A DNA stretch of 63,010 nucleotides, filler included, from Choristocarpus tenellus KU-1152 (Eukaryota > Protista > Phaeophyceae): NCBI GenBank assembly GCA_964200185.2. It is 11 parts of 11 records of this genome, joined end to end, with 100 filler letters (N's around TTAATTAATTAA, not from the genome) between each part and the next. Parts side by side here need not be neighbours in the genome. Positions count along the whole stretch, not along the records: positions 19,794 to 31,859 come from CAXNAD020001999.1; positions 31,960 to 38,070 come from CAXNAD020008912.1; 9 more parts are not named here. One strand, given 5' to 3'. The position numbers and the translations under genes are program-made. The notes below the pieces were generated by a model that made no database searches, was not told where the DNA came from, and worked only from the letters and a program-made list of their open reading frames with translations. Below are positions 24,775 to 37,849 of the stretch, one piece after another (positions within the stretch are counted from its first letter, which is position 1; the number at the start of each line of letters is the position of its first letter).

Positions 24775-25366
24775 ATTATTATCCCTCTGACATTTTGTAG
24801 ATGTGTCGACAGAAAAAGTAAATCAATATGTCTCACAAGAACCCTAGAAAACCAATAGGTATCTTAAATGTGGAAGGCATTTCTTTAAAATCTACTTACT
24901 ATTTGTATCAACTATACTACAAACACTCCCTAAAAGCTTCGTAATAATAATTGTATCTATATTAATTTTCTCTATTTATTTTATTATTATGCCCTCTGAC
25001 ATTTTGGAGGCGTGTTGGGGGAAAAACCGATGAAAAGCCAACTCAATATCGTAAGAACTCCCGTAAAAGTATCAATTGTCGGGAATGTGAAAGATATTTT
25101 TCTATTATCTATTTTACTACGAGCTATGCTACACCACTCCTCTCCTATGCCTTCAACCTAGCTTAGCCCTACACTACTTATTATGCCCTCTGACATTTTG
25201 GAGATGTGTTGGGGGAAAAAACGATGAAAAGTCAACTCATTATCGTAAGAACTCCTGTAAAAGTACCAGTTGTCGGAAATGTGAACGATATTTTTCTATT
25301 ATCTATTTTACTACGAGCTATGCCACACCACTTCTCTCCTATACTTTCAACCTAGCTTAACCCTAC
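24775..25366. repeat. Repeat family E (~190-bp unit), three tandem copies
   Basis: TTATTAT(G/A)(T)CCCTCTGACATTTTG starts at ~24775, ~24984 and ~25178; the last two units end CCTAGCTTA(G/A)CCCTAC. Partial copies at 3073-3190 and 26212-26249. Confidence 0.85.
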
Positions 25367-25367
25367 A

Positions 25368-25510
25368 AACAGCAGATTTCAAAAATTGAGGATGGAGCTT
25401 TTCATTGAGGATGGACTTGACCCAAAATTGACTGGGAGAAAGTGTCAATATGTTTTTTTTTGTAATCTTAAAAAAAAAAGCTCCATCCTCAATTTTTGAA
25501 ATCTGCTATT
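25368..25510. mobile_element. MITE family D (143 bp, ~35-bp TIRs)
   Basis: AACAGCAGATTTCAAAAATTGAGGATGGAGCTTTT ... AAAAGCTCCATCCTCAATTTTTGAAATCTGCTATT, flanked by TACA/TACA. Related ends at 8292-8331 and 19623-19693. Confidence 0.85.
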
Positions 25511-25559
25511 TACACTATAGAGCAAGGAGCTAGGGAAGCATCCCAAGAATCTCACAGGC

Positions 25560-26175
25560 CCCTCCTTGCCCATCTCCCAGTGTCTCCAGCTTAAAACGCA
25601 CGACACATCTTGATAGAGCCACTTGCGTTATAATGGACACTATTCGTCGTAAACCGGATTTGACAGCTCCTTTCCTTCTGTAGCCCCCTGCCCCTCTCCC
25701 CCCTACCACGTGTGTAGCTAACTCATCCAGAAAACTCTCTGCTTGCTTACCGAGGCCCAAACCTTTCCACCATGAAGGTGTTGCGGTTAAAACTACGAGG
25801 GTAAAATACCCTCTTTGTGGGTGCGCTTTCACACCTCAGCTGCTGCAGCAGCTAACCATTGCTGGTGGATAAGTGTGGTAGATGGAAGGCTGCTTGTACT
25901 TCTGCAAATGTGACTTCCAGGAGAACGCCTTTATCCTGTTAGGGGACTGCTTCGGCGTCTGCAAGTGCCCCGGCATCGAAGACCAGATCCATGTGGAAAT
26001 TCCGGTCCACTGTGAATGGCCTAATGTCCTCCATAGTGCAACGGATGCCCATTCCTTTGCAGAGTCGACCTAGACACTTTGCCATTGGTGTGTATTGGCG
26101 GACCTGCCCCCCTGCCCTAGGACAGGTACGATCATGTCTAGTGCCCACGTTTGGCCTCCTGCGCCCAGTCACTGA
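25560..26175 (-). mobile_element. 5'-truncated non-LTR retrotransposon remnant: zinc knuckle plus restriction-like endonuclease (CRE-like)
   Basis: Across stops and frameshifts: TRHDRTCPRAGGQV...MGIRCTMED...MDLVF...KGVLLEVTFAEVQA...AAAAAE...VERFG/LGKQAESFLDELATHVVGG...LRRIVSIITQVALSR. This is the layout of RLE-type LINE C-termini. Confidence 0.72.
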
Positions 26176-26249
26176 GCACCTGTTGGATGTATATATATAT
26201 ATACGTATATTGTTATGCCCTCTGGGATTTGCAGATGTGTCAGGGGAAA

Positions 26250-26701
26250 TGTTACAGGAGAATTAGCGCAAGTATTTCTTCCCGCGTTCTAACAAGCGTG
26301 AGCAGCATACACGCGTGGGGAACCTTATAAAGAGGAACTCCGATTTGCTAAAGGTTGCAGAGTAAGATCTGTAACTCGGGAATGTATGCAACGGTTTTCA
26401 GATGCATTCCAACTTCTGTTAACCAAACAAATAAGCGCCGATGACGATAAAAATATATAAAAGAGCGTTGCATAAAAATGCCCCTCTTTGCCACTTTTCT
26501 CAATATGTCTGATGCATTATACACTGACGTGATTGATAAAAGTAACCCCTGTTCTGCTGAGCTGATGTCCATTGACCTCCATTGGACCCCTTGGCTGTTG
26601 GAGTATCCTGGGAGGCTTGTACGAGTATCAGTGTCATCTATAGGCCTGTGGATTGGAGCTATACATCCCGTGGAGGTAAGCTTCTGGAGCGTGCTGTAAC
26701 A
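26250..26701. mobile_element. Related solo LTR-like element (452 bp)
   Basis: TGTTACAGG start and CTGTAACA end; the 3' ~100 bp are close to 5010-5110 (GGATTGGAGCTATACATCC...GGAGCGTGCTGTAACA). No clear TSD. Confidence 0.55.
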
Positions 26702-27862
26702 TAACCCTACTTTTTTCCATTTCTTTTTCTTTTTCTTTTTCTTCGTGTAGTTTCCAATTTTGTTGCCCTTATTATGCACTGATTTTTTAAATTTCCTTTC
26801 TGTTTGTTTCTCCTTTTTTATTTTTCCTTCTTTTTATTGCCATTGCCTGTCTTACGCACTAGCAACAGCCTTGGGTATGCTTCGTGCTTGGGGGGCATAG
26901 GACAGGCAATAATCAGATGTCAAGTAGGTTATGAATAATAGAAGTTTATTCCTTGATAGCACTTGCATTTGTAACAGGGAAGATTGGAACGGAGGACCCA
27001 TTAATTGTAGGCCTAATCAAAACTATATACTTTGAAACTTTTGAAGGTCCAGTTCAGAAGGAATCAGCGTATACTCGGATTAGACCAGATGCAATTCAAC
27101 GGAGATCGTATCCTGAGACCTTGTAGACAGACATTTTCAAAGGGAACATGAATATAACTTAATCACATTTGTGATTAGGGAGATCGGAACGGAGGACCCA
27201 TTTATTCTAAGCCATGTCAGAGATGTATGCTTTGTAACTTTTGAAGATGGGTTTTAGAAGGAGCAAGTATATTCTCAGATTAGGACAGATGCAAACTGAC
27301 TCTGATGGTGTTCTGTGACTCTTGGGACAGATTATCCCAAGGAAAACAAGGATATTTGTTGATCTATTTTGGACCTAGTTGGAGTTTATATATTTTTAAC
27401 GAGAGTATATGCTCTGATTTGTTCAGACATTATTGATTCTGACTGTGTCTTACGACTTTTGGGCATCCATTCTCAAAATAAACTAGGAGATATGTCGATA
27501 ATTGTTGGAAACAACTGGTTAATTCGGAATTGGAGTCCCTGTGCTGGAAACAACTGATACATTCGGAACTGGAGTCCCTGTACTACACACTACATACTAC
27601 ATGTACTACTCCTCATACTTACTACTACTTAAGTAGTGCTGGAGTACAAATAATACGACTAATGGTACTGTCCCCTTTCCTGCTTCGTCCCTCCATCTGC
27701 TCGCTCGAATCTTCTACTGGACCCGTCCCGAATTTCCGACCCTGGTGTTGGTCCCACATTTTCGTGGTGTAAAAGAGACAGAATAGTGGTATAGGTATGC
27801 AATCCGTTGTGGTTGGCATATAGAGGAGTATCTTTTGAAACCAGATTCTAATGAAACAATTC

Positions 27863-27910
27863 TGGCGTCGAAGGGACTCGAACCCACAAGTCAACCAAAT
27901 TGCTGTCTCC
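27863..27910 (-). pseudogene. tRNA-derived fragment (A and B boxes, no anticodon arm)
   Basis: Minus strand: GGGAGACAGCAATTTGGTTGACTTGTGGGTTCGAGTCCCTTCGACGCCA. B box GGTTCGAGTCC is clear; the acceptor stem does not pair. Confidence 0.45.
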
Positions 27911-28848
27911 CATAATCAATCCTAAACTGACGTAGGTGGTATGCACGAAGGCAATACCCGCTATACTGTTGGCAGTCTCCTCCTGTATAGTAGTCAAGAA
28001 AATGCAACGAGGACAATAAAAGAAAAAACGAAAGAAAAGAGAGAAAAAAATAGAGTAGTAAAAGCAAGAAATAGAAGTCGAAGGAGAAAAACATCATCCC
28101 AAAAAGCATATCATAGCAGGGATAAGAGAAGAGAGAAAATGAACGGACACAAGAGAAATCAGGGCAACAAGAAAACAGCAGCATTCAGCAGATAGACAGT
28201 CATCATAGTGGCGGTGTTGGCTGCTTGGGCGACCTTACCTGCTGTTTTTTGTGTGAAGTACTACATTGGCTATCACCACTTCCTTGGAATGCCACTCGAC
28301 CATGAAGCTCGTTCTCCTGTGAGCCACACACTCATTCATACTCACTTCTGTGGGATCCATTTTATAGGTCAACGCTTGGTTGTTAAGTTGTTTGTAGACA
28401 GCATGGAGAGTTTTCATAACATAGCTGAGGCGTTTGCATTATTTGGTGCTTGGCGCATATGTGGTCGCTCCTTAAACAATTAACAGAGCTGTAAGCCCCA
28501 ACGTGGGGTGGAGTCCTTACAAGCCATCATAGATCAGTTACTGTGGTTGAACTGTCTATAATTCAATTGCACATGCGCGCCTGGGTGTGTGTGCGCTTGC
28601 CTCCCTGCTTGTTTTTGTTGTGGGGAGGTAGTTTGTTACTTACCTTACTTATACGAAGAGTTAACTGACAACAACGCGTCCTGCAGGGCATGGGCATCAA
28701 TCGTTGTCCTCCGCGAATAATGTCCATTTTTCATCTACTACTATGTGTTCATCAATAACTGCTGCTTGTCATCATCCTGTCCCTCCTTATGCACGACAGC
28801 CTCGCCTCTGTGCATTTGTTGGTATCCTTTTGAGCCAGGATAGTATTT

Positions 28849-29082
28849 GAGAGGTAGGTAAAGTAGAGTATTAAGGATATCGAAAAATGGCAAAAAGACG
28901 TCATTTTGGACAATTAATTGTAGAAAGAGCTCTTCCTGAATTGTGGTGTCCCCTTATGTGTGGAAAGGGGGAATATCGATTTTGTGTAAACTTTTGTGCA
29001 CAGAAAGCAATGAAATAGAGTGTAATGCACAGGGTAACAGGGGTGACTTAGAACGCAAAGGGTTCAACTCTGCCTACATCTC
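28849..29082 (-). mobile_element. MITE family C, copy 3 (inverted)
   Basis: GAGAGGTAGGTAAAGT ... ACTCTGCCTACATCTC; TTAAGGATATCGA and GCAATGAAATAGAGTGTA are reverse complements of blocks in copy 2. Confidence 0.72.
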
Positions 29083-31125
29083 GATTAGTTTGGCTCTGTA
29101 TTGCCTCCACATTTTCTGTATCAACTGTGTTCTGTATGGGTCCTTGGTGGGGCTGTTTGCTTGAGGGTAGTGTGCTCGGCAACTTTGAAGAAAAATTAGA
29201 GGCACCGTAACATATGCAAATGAGTAGGAATATCACTCAGTTGGTGTTTGTGGCGTTTTTGATACTTCGAAGTGAAGTTTGGTTTTAGAATTAGTGTTTT
29301 ATGTGGTACACCAATATTGTGTAGAGGGTCGTCTATTTTGTTGATTATTGTCGCTCATCCTTTCTGTGACTGTACTGTAGTAGTAGTACCCCACAATAAT
29401 ACATGGGCATCCCTATATATTTTTTTTTTGGGGGGGTGCTCATCAGTCATTAGTGTGCAAATACGTTCTGCTCACGACTCGGAGCATAAGTGGTTCTTTT
29501 GTACCGTTTTGCCACGAACATTTTTTGGGTTACTCGGGACATAATTTGTCATGATTGATGAAGATCCCTCAGCTGCTTCTAAACAACACAGCTAGAGTTG
29601 TATCCCCTGTGTGGCGTGTGGGGCCATGGTAAGGGGACAACGGTGACCTTCACGTCGCACGATAGGCAGACGAAATAATCTACAGTACTAATTTTCTGTA
29701 GCAATCCTTGACTACCTTATCATGGCGACAGACTGCCTATGCGCGACATGTATGCACAACATTCCTCCTCACGCTTCGCTAATGCAAAGCGCAACAACTC
29801 AAAACAACATTCACCATAAAGATGGTTTCCACATACTCCGGGCATGAGCAAACTGTGTCAAACTTCGCAAAAAACGCTGGCAAATCAAACAAACCAGGGC
29901 AGTCCGCTACAATTGACCAAATAACTTCTATTGAAACGAGGATGATCAAGACAGGGAGGGTGGTGTGAGATCAGCCGATCTGTAAGTAGGCATGTTTCTT
30001 TTTCTGCAATGGGAGATAGTGCACAACCCATCCATGTCCAGCTTGTAACCAAAAGAACACACTGAGCTTGACAGTGTGCGGAAAAACAGATGAGAAACTT
30101 GTTGTCCGAAGGGTCAGCTCCCATCAACTAACTCGAGATAGGAGCAATTCAGATCTGTCAGTAACTTCTATCAGTGTCTACAACATAATATATCTATCAT
30201 AGGCAAGGGTGATAAAGGGTAATGTTGATGTTGTCACTGAATCGATTCGCAACTTGATTTACCTCCTCTCACACCAGGCAAGGTGTTAATACGACTAGGT
30301 AGACAGACATGCATGAAGCCGCCCACAGGATGGGGTAGCCAGCTATGACAACACTATACTGTTGTGAGCACATTTGTTTTGGTAAATGAGTCATCTTAAG
30401 ACACGAACGAAGGTCAATTCCCAAATTATACAAAACACATCTTCTTGTATGGAGGAAGTCTTCCCCTTGATGCAAGACACACTAAAGAGTGAAAACTGCA
30501 ACAGCCGTGACACCCCCCTTATCAAGACTCACCCTTTGCCCTCACTCACACACCCTCTCAGCCGCACAGGAGCAAGGATACAATTGCCTGGAAAGAGATG
30601 CTAGAACCCCCCCCCCTTGAGGTTGCTATAAAATAGATGCACTGCCTACCTCCCATATTCTCACCAGTCATGTACCAAATCTCCACAAAAACAAAGAATG
30701 CTTCTGTTTGTGCACCTCTGTACAAAATACTAATGAGGAGTAATTGGTCACTCCATCAAGTTTGCAAAGTTTGATTGGCCACATATCACTCTCATACACA
30801 CGTAGCAAACTTGCTTGCGCAGCTCCCACATCATGCAGACTGGTGTCCAATCAACACAGTAGCCAGCTCCTCATGATACAAGGTAGTACCATTAATAGGA
30901 GTAGCACAGATACAACATATTCCCCCTTGATAAAACTCTATCACAAGAATCCTGTTAAATCAACCAGGTCTTCGTCCACATGAGATCACCCACTCATTAA
31001 CCACAACGCAACCCCCCCTCCCCTTCACTAACCCCCTCCCCCCCCCAATCTATGAATAATCTTTGATTGTCTGTGGCACCTTGTCATCCATCATGGGCCA
31101 TAACAGTGCACTACAATGCATCATA

Positions 31126-31624
31126 TCATCTCCTCATCTTCTTAGGTCGGGAGGACTCCTCCCCACCCCCATCCCAATCTCGCTTGGTGCGATCATCGCG
31201 GGTCGCCTGCGCCTCCAGCTCGTCCCAGGACATACCTTTCTCCTCTAGGTCTTCATCATCCTGGACACACAACAATAAAACACAGCACACATTGCAAGAG
31301 ATGAGACATATACACCAATCGAACATCACTTTTAGTAGACTCCAACCGACTTACGTACAGGAACCGGTCAAGAAAATAGAAAAAAGGTAACTGAAAAAAA
31401 TGAAAACAAAAACACACACTAGGATGAGAAGAGACAAAAATGCCTCTTTTCAAAAGGTACACACCTCTTCTTCGCTGTCGCTGTCATCATCCTCATCATC
31501 CAAGCTTTCGTCTTCATCGTCATCATCATCACTGTCATCACTCTCACTCTCTGCCTCAAAGTCACTCTCACCATCTTCATCTTCATCCTCATCACCATCG
31601 GAGTCCTCCTCTCGAAGGCGTGCC
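31126..31624 (-). CDS. SPT16: FACT complex subunit SPT16, last two exons
   Basis: Exons 31624-31465 (ARLREEDSDGDEDEDEDGESDFEAESESD...SEEE) and 31260-31126 (DDEDLEEKGMSWDELEAQATRDDRTKR...KKMRR*). The acidic tail with GxxWDELExxAxxxD is typical of SPT16; splice sites are canonical. Confidence 0.88.
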
Positions 31625-34600
31625 CTGTTCCATTCCATCAGTACACCACGATGAAATGGTCAGGGGTAGGGATCATCACCATGGTAAAAAACACAGTAAC
31701 ACACAATGCAGTGAATTTTCAATCATAGACAAATAGAAGCGACCAAAGAAGTGGTGCTGTACATAAAGTCAACCAATAGGATCCACCTTTCAAACTTACT
31801 ACCCTCCTCAATCATTACCACACCAATCAAAACCATAAGCCCATTCCAATCCCCCCCCCNNNNNNNNNNNNNNNNNNNNNNNNNNNNNNNNNNNNNNNNN
31901 NNNTTAATTAATTAANNNNNNNNNNNNNNNNNNNNNNNNNNNNNNNNNNNNNNNNNNNNGTGTATTAGATCCAAGAGTGCGTCTGGGGCACTATTGCAGA
32001 GTGAGCTAGAGGTGCTCAGTGAGGGGACAATGACAACCAATAAAAATAATAACCAACAATTACTGTGCATCTGGGGTCTTTATGCATAAAGAAAAAAGAA
32101 CAGAGATGGGGACAACAACAAAATAGAAAGAGGGACACAAGGTAACAGTGGGACGCACTTGATGTAAGTTCCGAAGGAACTTAGATGACGTGTGCTATGT
32201 TCCTGTGTGTGATGTGAATCAACTGAATATCAACTGATNNNNNNNNNNGTACAAGCTGGTAGTATTGTGTATCATATCAACAAGAAACAAATGAGTAGCC
32301 TATGTTTTAACAAACTACCTCCATCAGTATTCCATTTTTTTTGTTGAGAACCAAAACCTTCTGAAGGATATTTCTAGCTGATGCAATCTTCTTAGTCCCT
32401 CTCCCTTGCAGTGACTCATTGCTAGGTCACTCTAAGAACGGGGGGGTCATACGTTTGATACTCGGCGCCAGACAATCTTTGAACGTCTGACACCATGAAA
32501 AGAGTTTAGTGTACCAAAATATAGTCTGCCTTGAGTCGTGAGGAGCATATACGTGTCCTTGTTCGAGAAGGTAGTATTGCCTTGGAAAGTACTCTATGCT
32601 TGATAAATGCACAGATGACCAGCAAAATCGACACGGTACGTTATTGCTGAGAAATTTTGGGTGATGAATGGATTGAGTTATTCAGTTTGTCCCTGGAAAT
32701 TGCTCTGGTGAAAGACAGATATTACCAATAAATCCAATGTGTAGGAAGAAGTGATTCGACCATCGTTCCTTATAGTGCTACGATGATATGCGCGATCCTT
32801 TCCCGATACATGTTCTCTTCACACACCCCGCGCTTCGATAACGTCAGGTGCCTTGACCTCCACATACGGATATAAAGGTTTATGTACCGGTCGGCAAGAA
32901 AATAAATGTGTGCACAGGCTGAGGCATGCGTGGAATAATTCAATGTGGAAACAGCAGTTGTACGAGTATTTGGCACAGAGGAAAAGGATATACATCAGCA
33001 AGTGGGAAATGAGGATGATTACTTCCAAGTACGTATTCGAGAGTACGATGTAGATATATGTGAACGATGACGTGATTTCGAAGTTCTGCTGAAGCAGGCA
33101 CCAGCCAGAGATGATGTAAGTATCTCCAAGTATTATACAAACGTAACGATATCCGAAACGGCAAGTTGTTCAACTTGCTTTTTCCTTCACTCCATGTGTA
33201 CTCTGTCTCTTCCGTTCGCATGGAACCCGGCATGGGTTACCTCGTGGGACTAAAACCTGTAGCGATCTCCTTGCTATTCGTATAGGGTACACTGCAACCT
33301 TGAGATACGATGATGGAATGGGGAGCGGGATTGCCCTTAAAAGGGTCGAAGGCGGCTTGCCTACCCCAAGGTTGTATTGAGATACTGTCTTCACCTTGTG
33401 TCCTTGCACATCAATTTTGCTCAACCGCAATAGAACACTGCCTTCAATACAATTGCTACGAAGTGCTAGCCCAATAGCATAAATTGACCTTTGAAGTCCC
33501 CATGCTCTTTCAACCCACGTTAGGCTCGAAAGCTCTCTTGGCAAAACTCCAATCATCAAGGAAACACAATGTTGTTTACCCTGGACGAGTCCCAACACCC
33601 AGGGCACGTTATATTCCACGTAATCCAGAGGTCCATGAGGCTAACTCCTTAGGATTGCGGGTGAGAGTGTCATATGCAGTCCCTCGTCCTTATCCAGTTT
33701 GCGTCCCAGACGTGAACTCTCTAAGAGATTTTTCCTACTGACAGTAACTCATTCAAAATTCCTCAAGGAACGACGAATGGGTGACAATCTTGATGGAGAC
33801 GCTGTTAGTGTTGGCACCACAAGCACATCCTCGGACCCCTCGCGTTCTCACGATATCTCGAAGAGGTGCCGGAATCAACTAACATCGACCGAGTACGCAC
33901 TACAGGAGATCAGGTAATAGGAGGTACCGAATGCAAAGAATGTTTGTACCTACGGGTCTCGAGCTATCAAAGTTGTGCCTATCTTTTTTCTGTAGATTAG
34001 AGCTTTACGGTTCGAGTGCAATTTATTTCAAAATGAAGTCTGCCTCTACAGGAGTCGAGTCAAGGCAATCGACGATAGGTGGGAGGAGACCAATACAAGA
34101 GCCTTCCAAGTACTGGACCACATTGAGGATGGTAGGAACATCAGCCTAGACCCTAGTGGCTACCGTCGGCACCATACTGAACCTGCCTATCCGGGTAGGT
34201 TTGAGCATCTCGGAGAAACCATCATTCTCCTGAAGATTGCCATATGTTTACAATTGTGTAACTCATTTTCCCCCGTATTTCTCCTATTAAACTATGTCGA
34301 GATGATGAACGGCAATGTGGTTCATTAGTACAAATATGGTTCACCTTGTCCCCGGAGTGTTACGGATATGAAAAATATTTTAATGAAATGGTGGGTGGCA
34401 GGTTACAGTATGAATGCATTCCATTGCCTCAATGTGACACACTACTATTGTGTTGGTCGTAATAAATGCTTTTGGTATTATTTTCCTATACAAGTTCCAT
34501 GCCCCCCGATCTTGTTTTTATCCATAGGTGTATGCGAGGTTCTTTCATCTCAATAACCGTATGTTTTACAAGCCAAATATCTTAGAGGAGGGTGCTGTAG

Positions 34601-36066
34601 AATATAAGGAGCTTCTGTGACTGCCTTCTGAATTAGACATTATGTGTGGGATTGTGTATCGGAAAAGGTAATTCCTTGGTCTGGATGCGCATTCTATACC
34701 TGCAGACTCATGGTGGGGGTTACCTGCATTTGGGTCATGGAAATGGGGTGTCAGGGACAACATTAAAAAGGTTCCCTTGTAAACAAAATGGCCAAAATTC
34801 ACCCTCCACTAGGATATTTGTCCCTTAGCAATCTATACTTACGCTGACTAACTACAATTCATTGTGTAATATCTTGTGCTGCTTGGCTACATGAACTTAT
34901 ATTCCCCAGTTTCTCCCCATCCAAGTTGCCCTTGGGTGTCAGACTACCATCTCTGTCAAGCACACCCTTTCACATTATCATTCTGACAACCACTGCTATA
35001 TTCTTTTGTACTAGGTGACCCATCAACACTCAAGCTTGGCAGGATGCGGCCTATCTCCCCTGCCTTCACAACTGGTATGCACTCTCCTGAGTGTGGGGGA
35101 AACACAGTGTCCCCACATGCCGAGGATTGGCTCAAAGATATTGGTTCATCCGTTCAATCCGTTCCTCGCGAAAATCGTATTGCTGTGGCATTGGCTAAAT
35201 CACACGAGTCACTCAAGGCAGCATTTGGGACATTTGAAGGTGGCCAATTAACAAGAGAAACACTCCTGGGGGAACTGCGGGAATGGTTCGATGGTTTTAC
35301 TGGGACTGCAAGGCCAGAGAACACCAACGCTGTTGCCACCATGCTCCCACAGCTTGACATGGAGAGCGAGGTTTTGGGTATTCTAATGGATTGCCAGGTG
35401 TGATGTAGTCCAACGTTTCCCTGCTTATTCAAGCTTTTTTTAGCTGATCAGTCACATTATAAGACTTAACAATAAGCAACAAGAAAGGCCAGTTCTTAGG
35501 ATGTTTCTTCACTACTGTTACTCCTAGTAGAAGCATATGCTGCTAGAAGTAGTAACACTCTAGAGATAGATAAACACTTTGAAAATAGCAGCTGAGGATT
35601 TTGTGTATCAATACTAGAGTCAGTAGATGTTGGCATTTGTCCATCAATAGTAAAGAGCCCTCCTCAAACGTCCCCCGGAAGAGGTGTGTATGAATATTGA
35701 AAAGAGAATAAGATACTTATTTTTCCTCCTGTACCACTGTTTGCTGCCATAAAATACATGTAATGGTTCTATATGTTGAAGAGTGGCGGCCATCCTTACA
35801 AGTTTGCTGATTGAGTCAGACGAGTGCAAGTCAATTTTGAAACACCAATGCTATGGAATCCTCTGAAAGAACAGTAGATTTCATTGATCTCTCTACTACT
35901 TTGTGAATGAGTTACTGGGGTCACAGTAGTACACAGTCGTGCACTGCTGATCAGGGTAAGGGTTAAGAATCTAGGGTTGGGGTCAGGCTGAGGGTGGGGA
36001 CCTCTCAGTGAGGGTGGAGAGTATCACGAAGCAATGTTCCTCTTGAGTGTGTTAGCATGCATTGCC

Positions 36067-36303
36067 CTGTAGCACCTTGTTGTGATGGTAGTACGCACAT
36101 AATTTTTTTATGTGGGTCAAATCATTGTACAATACAGTAGGGGGTGTGAGAGAGAGAGTTAAAATAATTATCAACTGTAAAAATTCTGTAGCACCTTGTT
36201 GTGATGGTAGTACGCACATAATTTTTTTTGTGGGTCAAATCATTGTACAATACAGTAGGGGGTGTGAGAGAGAGAGTTAAAATAATTATCAACAGTAAAA
36301 ATT
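36067..36303. repeat. Near-perfect 119-bp tandem duplication
   Basis: CTGTAGCACCTTGTTGTGATGG... starts at 36067 and 36186. Confidence 0.9.
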
Positions 36304-36365
36304 ATGATATCAATTGGTTCATAGCTTGTTGCACTTCCTCTGAAGCGCTCCAGGGTTTGAGCACT

Positions 36366-36624
36366 AAGTCAAAGCATTTAAGAGGGTAGGGCAGCATCTG
36401 CTCGGAGTCCTAAATCCAATGTTGTGATTTTGATTAATTTTGGCTATTGTGTTTGTTAGCAAGGGTCAATATCCTTGCTCCAGACGCACCTTTCCTAGTC
36501 GTATACATTTTCGGAAACTGTGTTCACACAGAAAACCGAAAAAGAGCATAAAAAAAACCATGGGAAGCCAAGCCCCGAATGAACAAACAGGATAAAACTG
36601 GTACCCTCTTAAATGCTTTGACTC
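36366..36624 (-). mobile_element. MITE family A, copy 8 (diverged)
   Basis: TIR variant AAGTCAAAGCATTTAAGAGGGTA / TACCCTCTTAAATGCTTTGACTC; ACT/ACT flanks. Confidence 0.85.
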
Positions 36625-37849
36625 ACTGTACCTCTGAGCACAAGTATGGGACTCACAGATCGCTGTTTTGTGCAGATCCGCTTTCTTATTCCCCTTAGGG
36701 AAATCCAGTATTTTACTCAACTAGAACAAGCAACTCATGCTCCACATATTACATTAGTACGATATCAAAATAAATCTATCCAAGGTATTCTAAATTCTGG
36801 CCTGGAACAACCAATGGTGATTTTTTTAATTCTCCTCATTTGGGAAGATGGCAGTGACATAGAGCACTCAAACGAAAGTTCCAAGTATATGAGCAGACCC
36901 TTGAGCATGCTGAATGAAATGTACAAAGGGTGTTGCGTGTCGGCTGTTAGTACTCCACAACTAAATCCAATTTTATGAACAGATCACTCTGTACAAAGCT
37001 CTAGAACTCAATGTAATGCTATGCGAAATTGGTTTCAAGTTTTGAAGATATTGGCTCCACCTCTGCATCTCATTTCTAGGAGGGATTTCATAGTGCTGCA
37101 ACTTGCTCAGAAAAATTAGTGTACTTAGCATTCAAAGCACAGCAGTATTCCCATGAGTGCAGTATGTCCCACAGGCACTAGCTTTGGTACAATTGTATTG
37201 AAGTCTATGCCACCTGTAGAGTTGCCTCTCCACGATACCCTCCCTCGAATTTCACGCCCTCAAGCACTGATGGAGGACTGCAAAGATTAATCCGGGACTC
37301 AACCTCACAGTCTTCCAGATTGGTACGTTTTGAAGGTTATATATAAATTTAATATATGACTTGTTTGAATATTCGTTGTCCTATGGAAAAGCAGCAATGA
37401 ATCAAAATGGATAGGTGGATATTGCTGATGCTGGCAATTGTGCTTCTGCATGCCTGGATCCCCAGCTCTTCAAAAACAAAACATCTTGTTCTATACTTGG
37501 GGGAGTTGATGGACATTTGTGAAAGCTCTGATCCCCCATCTCACTCCACTGCATCTTCCTCCCATAATGTTGTAGGATGCAAGACGCCAGCTGGAGGGCG
37601 CAACTTCAAAGCATACTAAGCAGCTGAATGAAATATTTGCGCAGGCGGGCAAGCTCTACGGGTCAGAGATGGAAAGGTGAATATGTATTTTTCATCCACT
37701 TATCAACACAAAGGTATACTCCAGAACATCTACCAATTGGGTGGCATATTGTAGCAATTAGACTTGAGCACGACAAACTTGCACTGTATCATCTCTGTAT
37801 TCTATAATTCCCCAAGTATTTTTTTATCATGAGCATCACCATAGTTACA

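Larger units (their letters stand above)
32900..37676 (+). pseudogene. Uncharacterised multi-exon gene, partial and possibly decayed
   Basis: AG/GT-bounded open segments at 33768-33913, 33996-34131 (IRALRFECNLFQNEV...VLDHIED), 35015-35397, 37220-37322 and 37576-37676 (DARRQLEGATSKHTKQLNEIF). Some phases are compatible, but neighbouring segments carry in-frame TGA. Confidence 0.4.

Noticed and set aside
27668-28800. Minus-strand exon-like segments (~27668-27740, ~28240-28317, ~28655-28735)
   Set aside because: Splice-like boundaries exist, but no consistent frame or recognisable protein could be assembled.
31400-31736. Poly-Ser and poly-His ORFs on the plus strand
   Set aside because: Antisense frames of the SPT16 acidic exon.
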